Assembly: GCA_031431875.1 (NCBI GenBank)
Contig: JANPEF010000159.1
Span: 1-28,869 of the forward strand
Source of the DNA: Candidatus Eiseniibacteriota bacterium
Lineage (GTDB): Bacteria > Eisenbacteria > RBG-16-71-46 > DASYSL01
Reading direction: 5' to 3'
DNA length: 28,869 nucleotides
A model generated the notes under the pieces. The model made no database searches and was not told the origin of the DNA. It saw only the letters and a program-made list of their open reading frames with translations. The position numbers and the translations under genes are program-made. Every line of letters begins with the position of its first letter. Positions within the stretch are counted from its first letter, which is position 1. Shown here piece by piece: positions 9,132 through 18,225 of the stretch.

Positions 9132-10310
9132 GTGAAGCTCGCCCCCATCCAGGCCGAACTGCGCGCCCGCGGCATCGACGCGTGGCTGCTCTACGACTTC
9201 CGTCACATGAACCCCATCGCCAACCGCGTCGCCGGCTTTGCGCCCGACCAGCACACCACCCGCCGCTGGTTCGGCCTCGTTCCCGCCGACGGCGAGCCGC
9301 AGTGGCTGCACTCGGCGATCGAGAGCCACCACTTCACGAACCTGCCCGGGAAGAAGACCGCGTTCGTCGGCTGGCGCGACCTCGAGGCCGCGCTCGGCGC
9401 GATGCTCGCCGGCCGCAAGCGCGTCGCCATGGAGTACTCGCCCGGCAACGCCATCCCCTACGTCGCGCGCGTCGATGCCGGCACCGTGGAACTGGTGCGT
9501 GCGCTCGGCGCCGAGGTCGTGAGCTCGGCCGACCTGGTGCAGACCTTCGAGGCGCGCTGGGGCGTCGACGGCCTCGCCTCGCACCGCCGCGCCGCGCAGC
9601 ACCTGGCCGAGATCGCGGCCCTCGCCCACGGCTGGGTCCGGGAAACGGTCCGCGCCGGGCGCACGCTGCCCGAGATCGAGTTGCAGGCCCGCATGGTCGC
9701 CGAGTACACGGCGCGCAAGCTGGTGACCAATGGTCCGCCCATCGTCGCTCGCAACGAGCACGCGGGGAACCCGCACTTCGAGCCCAACGCCGCCAACTCG
9801 CAGCCCATCGGCGACGGCGACGTGCTGCTGCTCGACCTGTGGGCCAAGGAGCCCGGCGACGACGCGATCTACGCCGACATCACGTGGATGGCGTTCGTCG
9901 GCGCGCGCGCGCCCGACGCCGTACAGCACGTGTGGGACGTCGTCTCCGGCGCCCGCGACGCGGGCGTGCGCGCCGTCACCGCGGCCGGCGAGAGCGGCAC
10001 CCCGATCCAGGGCGGCGCGGTCGACGACGTGGTGCGCGCCCACGTGCGCGGGCACGGACTCGACGCGCGCTTCATCCACCGCACGGGCCACTCGATCGGC
10101 ATCGAGACGCACGGCAACGGCGCCAACATCGACAACCTCGAGACGCGCGATGAGCGCACGCTCATCTCCGACACCGGCTTCTCGATCGAGCCCGGCGTCT
10201 ACGGCCCCGAATTCGGCGTCCGCTCCGAGATCGACGTCTACATCACGCCCGAGGGACGCGCCGAAGTGACGACCGCGCCGCAGCGATCGCTGCCCGCGCT
10301 GCTGGCGTAG
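9132..10310 (+). CDS. M24 family metallopeptidase (Xaa-Pro peptidase-like)
   Basis: Pita-bread metal ligands DLWAK, ADITW, HRTGHSIG, SIEPGVY and GVRSE; SD GGAGGT upstream of GTG 9132. Confidence 0.9.
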   Translation: MKLAPIQAELRARGIDAWLLYDFRHMNPIANRVAGFAPDQHTTRRWFGLVPADGEPQWLHSAIESHHFTNLPGKKTAFVGWRDLEAALGAMLAGRKRVAMEYSPGNAIPYVARVDAGTVELVRALGAEVVSSADLVQTFEARWGVDGLASHRRAAQHLAEIAALAHGWVRETVRAGRTLPEIELQARMVAEYTARKLVTNGPPIVARNEHAGNPHFEPNAANSQPIGDGDVLLLDLWAKEPGDDAIYADITWMAFVGARAPDAVQHVWDVVSGARDAGVRAVTAAGESGTPIQGGAVDDVVRAHVRGHGLDARFIHRTGHSIGIETHGNGANIDNLETRDERTLISDTGFSIEPGVYGPEFGVRSEIDVYITPEGRAEVTTAPQRSLPALLA

Positions 10311-10321
10311 GGCGCGGGCCC

Positions 10322-11644
10322 GTGGGCGTGGTCGCCGCACTCCGGGCCGCCGCGCGCTCCCCGTGGGCGTGGGCCGCGCTCGGGCTGGTCGTGCGCCTGG
10401 CCTACGTCCTGGCCGGCCCGGGGCTCGATGCCGTGCCGTGGTCCGACAGCGTCGACTACCACCGCCTCGCGGCGCACCTGGCGAGCGGGCGCGGCTTCAC
10501 GCTCGGGCCCGACACTGCGCTGTACCCGACGACGTTCCGTCCCCCGCTGGTGCCCGCGCTCATCGCTCCGCTGTACGCCCTGTTCGGCCCGCGCTACGGC
10601 CTTTCCCTCGTGCTCCAGGCGCTGCTCGGCGCGCTCGTCGTGCCCGCCGCCGCCGCGCTCGCCGGCGCGCTCGCGCGCGACGCCGGGCGCGACGCACGCT
10701 TCGCCAGCAACGCCGCCACCCTGACCGCCGCGGCGATCGCTGTGTGGCCCCCGCTCGTCTACTTCACCGGCGCGCTGCTCACCGAGACGACCGCGTCGCT
10801 CCTGGTCACGCTCGCGCTCCTCTTCGCGGTGCGCCTGCGCGCGGGAGGTGGCACGGGACGCGCGCTCGCGCTCGGTGCGACGCTCGCGCTGGCGGCGCTT
10901 GCCCGGCCGACCGCGCTGCCCCTTGCGGCCGCGCTGCTCGCCTGGCTCGCCCTGTTCGGGCGACGCCCGCGCAGCGCCCGCGTGCGCGAGGTCGCGCTCG
11001 CCCTCGTCGCCTGCGGGCTCGTGCTCCTGCCGTGGACGCTGCGCAATCGCGCCGTCACCGGGGCGTGGATTCCGCTCACCAGCGGTGGCGGTGCGGCCCT
11101 GTGGGACGGCAACAATCCGCTCGTCCTCGCCGACCCCCGCTGGCGCGGCGGCGCGGTCAGCCTGCGCGAGGTCGAGCCGTACGCCGCGGAGTTCACGGGC
11201 ATGGACGAGCTGGCGATCGATCGCCACGCCGCCGCGCGGGCGCGCGCGTTCCTGGCGGAGGATCCGGCGCGCGCGCTGCGTATGGCGGGCTGGAAGCTGG
11301 CGCGTTTCTTCCGCACCACCGGCGAGACCGCGGTGAGCGGCACGGCCGGCCCGCCCGGCAGCGCGTGGGCGCTCCTGGCGCGGGCGATCGATCCGCTGGT
11401 GGTCACGTGGGGCGTGCTGCTGCCGTTCTTCATCGTGGGGTTCGCCTGGGCGCTGGCGCACCCCGGCCGCGCCGCCTGCGCAGCCGCGCTCGCGGTGAGC
11501 GTGCAAGCGGCACTGGCCGCGGTCTACTGGGGCTCGTTGCGCTTCCGCGCGCCGGTCGAGCCGGCGCTCGTGGTGCTGGGATCGCTCGGGCTGCTCTTCG
11601 CCCTCGCCCGGCTCAGCGCTCCGAGTACACGCTCGCGACCTTGA
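10322..11644 (+). CDS. GT-C fold membrane glycosyltransferase (ArnT/PMT, family 39-like)
   Basis: Polytopic; D..DYH..A in the first loop, FRPPLVP, LLTE, LARP, PWTLRN, LWDGNNP and RFRAP motifs typical of ArnT-like transferases. Confidence 0.75.
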   Translation: MGVVAALRAAARSPWAWAALGLVVRLAYVLAGPGLDAVPWSDSVDYHRLAAHLASGRGFTLGPDTALYPTTFRPPLVPALIAPLYALFGPRYGLSLVLQALLGALVVPAAAALAGALARDAGRDARFASNAATLTAAAIAVWPPLVYFTGALLTETTASLLVTLALLFAVRLRAGGGTGRALALGATLALAALARPTALPLAAALLAWLALFGRRPRSARVREVALALVACGLVLLPWTLRNRAVTGAWIPLTSGGGAALWDGNNPLVLADPRWRGGAVSLREVEPYAAEFTGMDELAIDRHAAARARAFLAEDPARALRMAGWKLARFFRTTGETAVSGTAGPPGSAWALLARAIDPLVVTWGVLLPFFIVGFAWALAHPGRAACAAALAVSVQAALAAVYWGSLRFRAPVEPALVVLGSLGLLFALARLSAPSTRSRP

Positions 11645-12311
11645 AGCGCACCTCGAACTCGCGGCGCACGTCGTTCTCGGCGCCGAGCACGAGCGTCGGG
11701 CCGAAGATGCGCCCCACCATCGACTGCGCGGAGAGGTCGGTCGGCAGCAGCGGGCGCACGCCCTGGCCGGAGGCCGCATCCGGCGTGTTCAGCAGTTCGA
11801 CCGGGATGAGGAAGTCGGCGTAGGTCTCGCCGGGGCGGACGTAGGTGGGCTCCTGCGGCGTGTCCTTCGTGTCGTAGGTGACGCCGCGGTGCACGGCCTT
11901 GTAGCTGCGCCCGTAGATGTCGAGGAACGTGCACTCGTCCCAGATGATGCGGATCGGCACGCCGAGGCGATTCTCGACGCGGAAGCCGACCGACGTCGTG
12001 TCGGGGCGGAAGTACAGGTAGACCTCGCGCGTGGTCACGCCGAAGTTCGTGTTCGCCGGCGAGATCATGTCGTAGCGGTACTTCCATCCGGTCGACAGCG
12101 GGTTACCGTCGGGCACGCGGGTCTGCGGCGCCGGTGCGACCGGGGCCTGGTCGGGGGCCCCGACCGCCGGCGCGGTCGACACGGGCTTCGGCATGGCGCT
12201 CGGACCGGTGTTCACCGAACCACCGCCGCATCCCGAAGTGGACCCGAGAACGACGGCACCGGCGAACACCAGGGCGATGGGACCTGCGAGGCGGACGGAC
12301 ACGGGGCGCAT
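11613..12311 (-). CDS. Hypothetical lipoprotein
   Basis: 232 aa; signal peptide ending TSGC (lipobox-like), Pro-rich linker, beta-rich globular domain; strong SD GGAGGAGG; codons consistent with real coding. Confidence 0.7.
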   Translation of the reverse strand: MRPVSVRLAGPIALVFAGAVVLGSTSGCGGGSVNTGPSAMPKPVSTAPAVGAPDQAPVAPAPQTRVPDGNPLSTGWKYRYDMISPANTNFGVTTREVYLYFRPDTTSVGFRVENRLGVPIRIIWDECTFLDIYGRSYKAVHRGVTYDTKDTPQEPTYVRPGETYADFLIPVELLNTPDAASGQGVRPLLPTDLSAQSMVGRIFGPTLVLGAENDVRREFEVRFKVASVYSER

Positions 12312-12378
12312 CGAACCTCCTCCGGGAATGTCCCCCGCCCGGAGGTCCGGGCGAGGATGCGATGACGACTCGCCGGGC

Positions 12379-12407
12379 AGTCTACACCGCGGGCCGCGTC
12401 GCGCCAA
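12379..12407 (-). promoter_or_regulatory. Putative promoter for the lipoprotein gene
   Basis: TTGGCG (12407-12402), 17 nt, TAGACT (12384-12379), overlapping the thrC-like stop codon. Confidence 0.55.
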
Positions 12408-13620
12408 TCGACTCCGCAGTCGCGACGGCGGCCAGCGCGGCCTCGATCGCCTCCAGGTACTTGAGCCCGCTGCCGGTGTTGAACAGCACGACGCGTTCCC
12501 CCGCCGCGAACCAACCGTCCGCCGCGAGCCGCTCGAACGCGGCCCACACCGCGCCGCCCTCGGGTGCGGCGAGCACGCCAGTCGCCCGCGACAGCGCGAG
12601 CGTGCCCAGGAGCATGTCCCGCTCCGGTACCGCGACCGCCGTTCCACCCGAGGCCCGCAGCGTGCCGAGCATCCAGCGATCGCCCACCGCCGCGGGTACG
12701 CGCAGCCCGGCGGCCAGCGTCGCGGGCGCCTCCCACGGCGTCGCCTCGGCGGCGCCGGCATGGAACGCGCGCACGATCGGCGCGCAGCCCTCGACCTGCA
12801 CGCTGACCAGGCGGGGCCGTCGGCCCGGCTCGATCCAGCCGAGTTCCTCGAGCTCGTCGAACGCCTTGGCCATCCCGACGAGCCCGGTGCCGCCGCCGGT
12901 CGGGTAGAGGATCGCATCGGGCAGCGTCCAGCCCAGGTCCTCGGCGATCTCGTAGCCCATCGTCTTCTTGCCCTCGACCCGGTACGGCTCGCGCAGCGTC
13001 GACAGGTCCATCCAGTCGGGCGCGGCGACCTCGCGCAGGCGGCGGCCCGCGTCGGTGATGAATCCCGGCACAAGCGTGACCTCGGCGCCGAGGGCGGTGG
13101 CCTCGACGACGAACGCGCGTGGGCAATCGGCCGGAACGAAGACGTGGGCCTGGATCCCGGCCGCCGCGGCGTACGCAGCGAGCGCGCCGCCGGCATTGCC
13201 GGCGCTGGGCAGCGCGACGTGCCGCGCGCCGAACGCGCGCGCCATGCTAACCGCGGCCGACAGGCCGCGCGCCTTGAACGATCCCGTGGGATTGCCCGAC
13301 TCATCCTTGAGCCACACGTCCGCGAGCCCGTGCCGCCGCGCCGCTTCCCGCATCGGCAGCATCGGCGTCCCGCCCTCGCCCAGGGTGACGGGCTCGACCG
13401 CGGGATCGAGCGGCAGCACCTCGCGCCAGCGCCACAGGGAACGCGGCCGCGTGGCGAAGGCCTCGCGCGAGACGCCGGCCCGCACCGCCGCCAGGTCGTA
13501 GCGCGCGGCGAGCGGCCGGCCGCAGGCGGCACACAGGCCGTGGGCGCGATCGGGTGCGACGCGCGCGGCGCAGGCCGTGCACTCGAGTGCGACGAGGAAC
13601 GGGGAGACCGCTGCGCTCAC
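12382..13620 (-). CDS. thrC: Threonine synthase-like PLP fold-type II enzyme
   Basis: N-terminal CxxC..CxxC, VTLGEGGTP, PLP lysine NPTGSFKARG, SAGNAG, EGKKTMGYE, PTGGGTG, PEGG, FNTGSGLKY. Confidence 0.8.
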   Translation of the reverse strand: MSAAVSPFLVALECTACAARVAPDRAHGLCAACGRPLAARYDLAAVRAGVSREAFATRPRSLWRWREVLPLDPAVEPVTLGEGGTPMLPMREAARRHGLADVWLKDESGNPTGSFKARGLSAAVSMARAFGARHVALPSAGNAGGALAAYAAAAGIQAHVFVPADCPRAFVVEATALGAEVTLVPGFITDAGRRLREVAAPDWMDLSTLREPYRVEGKKTMGYEIAEDLGWTLPDAILYPTGGGTGLVGMAKAFDELEELGWIEPGRRPRLVSVQVEGCAPIVRAFHAGAAEATPWEAPATLAAGLRVPAAVGDRWMLGTLRASGGTAVAVPERDMLLGTLALSRATGVLAAPEGGAVWAAFERLAADGWFAAGERVVLFNTGSGLKYLEAIEAALAAVATAESIGATRPAV

Positions 13621-14636
13621 CGCGGGCCCTTGCGCGCCCCCGGCGCCTTGACCCGCGGGGCCCCCGCGCGGCGGGCGGCGCCGCGACGCAGCGCCCCGGC
13701 CTCGAGTTCGTCGCGCAGGCGCACGTACGAGCGGTAGCGATCCTCGGCGATCGCGCCCTCGTCGAGTGCCGCGTGCATCGCGCAGTCGGGCTCGTCGCGA
13801 TGCGCGCAGTCGGCGAAGCGGCACGGGCCGCGGCCGCGCCACTCGGGAAACAACCGCGGCAGGTCCGCCGGATCGAGCCGCGGCAGGCCGAACGTGCGCA
13901 CCCCCGGCGTGTCGATCACCTCGGTCGGCGGCGGTCCCACGTCGAGCCGCGCCAGCGTGGCGGCGGTCGTCGTGTGGCGGCCCTTGCCGGTCTTGGCGTT
14001 GACCAGCCCGATCGCGAGCTTGAGTTCAGGCGCGAGCGCGTTCAGCAGCGTGCTCTTCCCCACCCCCGAGTGCCCGACGACCAGCGTGCGCCGGCCCGCC
14101 AGCGCGGCGCGCAGCGCGGGCACGCCCGTGCCCACCGGCGCGGCGAGCGCGTGCACCTCGTAGCCGGCGCGTTCGTAGGTCGTGCGCGCGGCGGTGACCT
14201 CCCCGGCGGACACGAGGTCGGCCTTCGAGAGCGCGATCACCAGCGGCAGGCCGCCGGCCTCGCAGGTGACGGCGATGCGATCGAGCAGTCCCTCGCGCAG
14301 CGGCGGATCGCGCAACGCGGCGACGACGAGCACGCGATCGATGTTGGCGGCGGTGATCTGGATGCGCCCGCCGGGCCCCTGCCCCGCAGCGGCGCGCTCG
14401 AAGCGATTGCGCCGCGGCGCGACCGTCACGACGACCGCCTCCGTCGAGTCGTCGTCGGGGGTGGCGCCGTCGACCGTCTCGACGGTGACCGCGTCGCCCA
14501 CGACGATCGCGTTGCCCAGGCGCCCGCCCGGGTCCTGCAGGCGCTTGCGCACGGCGGCGGCCCACACGCGGCCCGCCTCGTCGAGCACGACGACGCCACG
14601 CAGGTCGACCCGCGCGACGACGCCGGTGAACGTCAC
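13617..14636 (-). CDS. rsgA: Ribosome small subunit-dependent GTPase RsgA
   Basis: OB-fold VVGD, AANID, circularly permuted GTPase (SKADL, GHSGVGKSTLLN, GRHTTT, DTPG), zinc finger CRFADCAHRDEPDC. Confidence 0.93.
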   Translation of the reverse strand: MTFTGVVARVDLRGVVVLDEAGRVWAAAVRKRLQDPGGRLGNAIVVGDAVTVETVDGATPDDDSTEAVVVTVAPRRNRFERAAAGQGPGGRIQITAANIDRVLVVAALRDPPLREGLLDRIAVTCEAGGLPLVIALSKADLVSAGEVTAARTTYERAGYEVHALAAPVGTGVPALRAALAGRRTLVVGHSGVGKSTLLNALAPELKLAIGLVNAKTGKGRHTTTAATLARLDVGPPPTEVIDTPGVRTFGLPRLDPADLPRLFPEWRGRGPCRFADCAHRDEPDCAMHAALDEGAIAEDRYRSYVRLRDELEAGALRRGAARRAGAPRVKAPGARKGPR

Positions 14637-15772
14637 TTGGCGCGCGTCTCGGGGCGTCCGGCACCCCACAGGGCGCCGCCCAGCGCGACGACGAGGGCGG
14701 CCACGGGCAGCGCCAGCACGGCGCCCAGGAAGCCGCCGATCGCGCTGCCGGCGAGGACGGCGAGGATGATGATGAAGGGATGGAGCTCGAGGCGCGAGCT
14801 CATGAGGCGCGGGTTGATCACGTAGTTGTTCACCTGGTTGAGCAGGACGTAGGCGCCGAGGACGATCAGGGTCTGGCCCAGGCCCTGGCTCGAGGTGACG
14901 ACGGCGAGCGCGCCGACGACCGCGACCGAGCCGAGGAACGGCACGGCCTCGGCGATGCCCGCGACGACGCCGAGCGCGAGCGAGTAGCGCACGCCGAGCA
15001 GCGTGAACAACAGGGTGGCGAGCACGCCGCAGACCAGCACGACCAGCGTCTGGCCGCGCACGTAGGTCGCCAGCGAACGATCCGCCTCGTCGAGCAGATG
15101 CCGGGCCATCGAGCGCCACGACACCGGCAGGCCCTCGACGAAGTTGCGCGTCAAGGTGCCGCCGTCGGCGAGGATGTAGAATGCCCCGATCGGAACGACC
15201 AGCAGGCCGAGCACGTTGCCCACGGTCCCGGCGAGCTTGAACGCGGCCTGGCCCACGCCCGACGCCGAGCGTTCGACCAGCCCGTGCCACTCCTGCGCCA
15301 CCGCGGCCCACACCTCGGGGGCGAGCCCCATGCCGCGGCGCGCCTCCATCTGCGCCAGCCACTCCTCGACGGTGCGGTAGTAGTTGGGGAGCTCGCGCCC
15401 CAGGCGCTGCAGCTCGATCCACAGGATGGGCACGAACCAGTACAGCGCGAAGCCGAGTGCCACGACCGCGAGCAGCACGACGATGCCCGCTGCCGGCTTG
15501 CGGCCCAGCACTCGCCCGCGCGGCAGCGGCACGCGGGCCAGGCGATCGACCGGCGGCTGCAGCACGTAGGCCATGAAGATCGAGCCGACGAGCACCAGCA
15601 GAACGTCGCGCACCTGGTACATGAGGTAGCCGAGGCAGGCGATGGCGACCAGCGAGCCGAGCGACAGCGCGTTCCAGCTCCAGTGGAACGTCGTCGTGCG
15701 ATTGCGCGCCGGGGGCGGCGGTGCGACGGGCGGTGCGACGGGCGGCGCGGGAGGCGGCGGGGCCGAACTCAC
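14633..15772 (-). CDS. AI-2E family transporter (PerM/TqsA-like)
   Basis: AYVLQPPV, TYVRGQ, AVPFLGS, NPRLMS..LELHP and GFLGAVLALP motifs; multiple TM helices. Confidence 0.9.
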   Translation of the reverse strand: MSSAPPPPAPPVAPPVAPPPPARNRTTTFHWSWNALSLGSLVAIACLGYLMYQVRDVLLVLVGSIFMAYVLQPPVDRLARVPLPRGRVLGRKPAAGIVVLLAVVALGFALYWFVPILWIELQRLGRELPNYYRTVEEWLAQMEARRGMGLAPEVWAAVAQEWHGLVERSASGVGQAAFKLAGTVGNVLGLLVVPIGAFYILADGGTLTRNFVEGLPVSWRSMARHLLDEADRSLATYVRGQTLVVLVCGVLATLLFTLLGVRYSLALGVVAGIAEAVPFLGSVAVVGALAVVTSSQGLGQTLIVLGAYVLLNQVNNYVINPRLMSSRLELHPFIIILAVLAGSAIGGFLGAVLALPVAALVVALGGALWGAGRPETRAK

Positions 15773-17205
15773 CAGCCGGCCTGCACGCCGATCGGCAGCA
15801 CCAGGGAGAACGTGGCGCCCCGGCCGGCTTCGCTCTCCACGGAAATGCGCCCGCGGTGGGCCGCCGCGATCCGGTAGCAGGTGGCCAGGCCGAAGCCATG
15901 GCCCGTGGGCTTGGTGGTGAACGTCGGCTCGAAGATCTTCTCCTGTACCGCGCGGCTCATGCCGGGCCCGTTGTCGGTGACGCGCACGATCACGGTCTCG
16001 TCGGGATCCTGCCAGCCGGTGGAGACGATGATCTTCTTCTGCGGCGTCCCCTTCTCGATCATCGCCTCGGCCGCGTTCTGGAACAGGTTGATGAACACCT
16101 GCTGCAGCTGGCCGGCGTCCGCGGCGATCAGCGGCAGAGCGTCGGTGAGCACGAGCTCGAACTCGACCTGGTTGAACTTGTTCTGCGGCCGTACGAAGTC
16201 GACCGTGCGGCGCAGCAGGTCGTTGAGGTCGACGCGAACGACCTTCATCTCCTTGTGCGAGAAGTCCATCAGCCCCTTGGTCAGGATCGCCATGTTCGAC
16301 GCCTGCTCCATGATGATGCGGGCGTGCCGCGCGGTCTTCTCTGGATCGGCCTTGCCGAGCTCGAGTGTCAGCATCTGGGCGCGGGCCGAGATCGCGGCCA
16401 GGTAGTTCGAGATCTCGTGGCCGATCTCGGCGGCCATCTCGCCCTTGGCCGCCATCCGTTCCTGGTGCACGAGCTGGTCCTGCGCCTTCTTGAGTTCAAC
16501 GTAGCGGCGGTGCGAGTCACGGATGACGAGCACCGGGACGTAGAACAGGATGATCCCCGCCCAGCTCAGGATCGCGTACGACACGGTCATCAGCGGCGAG
16601 AGGAACAGCAACGCGAGATCCGAGATCAGCTGCTCGGCATAGAGATAGTCCTCGCGGATCACCAGCTTGATCGGGCGGTCGGCGCCCCAGCCCGTGGCCA
16701 CCGCAACGAGCGCGATGTTGAGCACGCGGTAGACCAGCCCGAGGCCGAGCAGCGGGATGAGCAGCCCCACCATCCACGCCACCTCGAGGCGGCCCTGCGC
16801 CTGGGCGACCAGCGGCCAGATGCCCTCGCGCTGTCCGCTCAGGAGCGCAAACGTCCAACCCGCCGCGGACATGACGACGACCATGGCGGCGGTGTTGAAC
16901 AGCGCGCGGATCGGCGGCCGGCGGCGCAGCGCGACGTCGGCGATCGCCGTCGACACCGCGACGATCCAGATCGCCGGCGTGACGCCCCACAGGACGACGG
17001 TGGCGAAGTTGGCCGCCGAGGCCATCGAGTCGGTGCCCTCACCCGTGATCGTGGGCAGCCACAGGCTCTCGGCCACGATCGTGATCGCGACCCAGGCGAG
17101 CCAGTGGACGAGCAGGACATGCGTCCAGTCGAGCGGATGCAGCGCGAGCAGCACCAGGGCGCTCGCGACCATGGATCCGACGTACAGGACGAGACGACGA
17201 CTCAC
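15769..17205 (-). CDS. Membrane-bound sensor histidine kinase
   Basis: About 240 aa multi-TM N-terminus; H-box IGHEISN, N-box QVFINLFQNA, DNGPGM, IFEPTFTTK, GHGFGL. Confidence 0.92.
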   Translation of the reverse strand: MSRRLVLYVGSMVASALVLLALHPLDWTHVLLVHWLAWVAITIVAESLWLPTITGEGTDSMASAANFATVVLWGVTPAIWIVAVSTAIADVALRRRPPIRALFNTAAMVVVMSAAGWTFALLSGQREGIWPLVAQAQGRLEVAWMVGLLIPLLGLGLVYRVLNIALVAVATGWGADRPIKLVIREDYLYAEQLISDLALLFLSPLMTVSYAILSWAGIILFYVPVLVIRDSHRRYVELKKAQDQLVHQERMAAKGEMAAEIGHEISNYLAAISARAQMLTLELGKADPEKTARHARIIMEQASNMAILTKGLMDFSHKEMKVVRVDLNDLLRRTVDFVRPQNKFNQVEFELVLTDALPLIAADAGQLQQVFINLFQNAAEAMIEKGTPQKKIIVSTGWQDPDETVIVRVTDNGPGMSRAVQEKIFEPTFTTKPTGHGFGLATCYRIAAAHRGRISVESEAGRGATFSLVLPIGVQAGW

Positions 17206-18225
17206 TCAGCCTCCCTGGCGCGGTACCACTCCCAGACCCGGCCGGTCCGGAAGCGTGAGGCGGCCTTCCCCGCCGCCGACGCCCTCGAACGGATCCACGG
17301 CGAGGAGCCAGTGTCCGTCGAGGTCGAGCGTGTCGAACAGCGGCCCGAGGTGCGCCGCTGCCGTGATTCCGATGCTGCTTTCGACCATGCACCCTAGCAT
17401 GAGCGAAAGGCCGTGCGCGCGCGCCGCGTGGATCAGGCGCAGGGCCTCGCTCGGGCCGCCGGTCTTGACCAGCTTGACCACCACGCCCGCGGCGCGATCG
17501 GCCAGCCCCGCGACGTCGGCCGCCACGTGGCAGCCCTCGTCGACGTAGAGCGGCAGCGGCGAGCGCTCGTGCAGCCAGCGCAGCCCTTCGCGATCCTCGG
17601 GCGCCAGGGGCTGCTCGACGAACTCCACCCCCAGTTCGGCCAGCGCGGGCAGCAGGCGCAGCGCCTGGTCCCGCGACCAGGCCGCATTGGCATCGACACG
17701 GATCACCTGGGAGGTCCGTTCCCGGATCCTCCGCACCGTCCCCATGTCATCGGCCCCTCCGACCTTGACCTTGAGAATGGGATAAGCCTTTGCCTCATCG
17801 AGCTTTCGGGCTGTCGTCTCCCAATCCGCTAGACCCAGGGTGAAGGACGAGAGCGGCAGCGTCGCCGGATCGAGGCCCCACAACTTCCACAGGGGAACGC
17901 CGGCGAGCTGCCCGCGCAGGTCCCACAGAGCCGTGTCGAGGGCGTTCCACGCCGCCCGTTGGCCGTTGAGCACGGCGAAGGCGCGGCGCTCGAAGGCCTC
18001 GTGCTCCCACGGATCGGACGGCAGCAGCGGCGCCCATACGGCGAGCGCGGCCGCAGCGGTCGCGGCGTTCTCGCCGTAGTAGGCGGTGGCGGCGACTTCG
18101 CCGTAGCCGATGCGACCCTCGTGCTCGAGCGTGACCACGAGGTGCTCCCAGTTCTTGCCCCCGCCGCGCGCGATGCGGAACTCATGGCGGGTCGACAACG
18201 TGAGCGGTGCGACGGTCAGTTTCAT
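17206..18225 (-). CDS. Dipeptide epimerase / N-acetyl-D-Glu racemase-like (enolase superfamily, DgcA/YcjG-like)
   Basis: KVK catalytic motif, metal ligands VDAN/EQP/DEG, KLVKTGG, GCMVES and the DLD motif of dipeptide epimerases. Confidence 0.88.
   Translation of the reverse strand: MKLTVAPLTLSTRHEFRIARGGGKNWEHLVVTLEHEGRIGYGEVAATAYYGENAATAAAALAVWAPLLPSDPWEHEAFERRAFAVLNGQRAAWNALDTALWDLRGQLAGVPLWKLWGLDPATLPLSSFTLGLADWETTARKLDEAKAYPILKVKVGGADDMGTVRRIRERTSQVIRVDANAAWSRDQALRLLPALAELGVEFVEQPLAPEDREGLRWLHERSPLPLYVDEGCHVAADVAGLADRAAGVVVKLVKTGGPSEALRLIHAARAHGLSLMLGCMVESSIGITAAAHLGPLFDTLDLDGHWLLAVDPFEGVGGGEGRLTLPDRPGLGVVPRQGG

Noticed and set aside
14210..14232. RsgA G4 motif reads SKAD instead of NKxD
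   Set aside because: S/T at this position is tolerated in RsgA homologues as far as I recall, and all other motifs are intact.
15710..15765. 12-bp repeat GGCGGTGCGACG and a G-rich tract
   Set aside because: It encodes the Pro-rich N-terminus (PPVAPPVAPP) of the AI-2E protein. It is in frame, has no spacers and is not a CRISPR array.
13617..15899. Apparent long N-terminal fusions on rsgA, fdhD, bshB1, bshC, GNAT, yaeQ and the lipoprotein in the ORF track
   Set aside because: The extensions overlap other real genes in another frame. True starts are marked by ATGA/GTGA overlaps, SD sites or promoter spacing.
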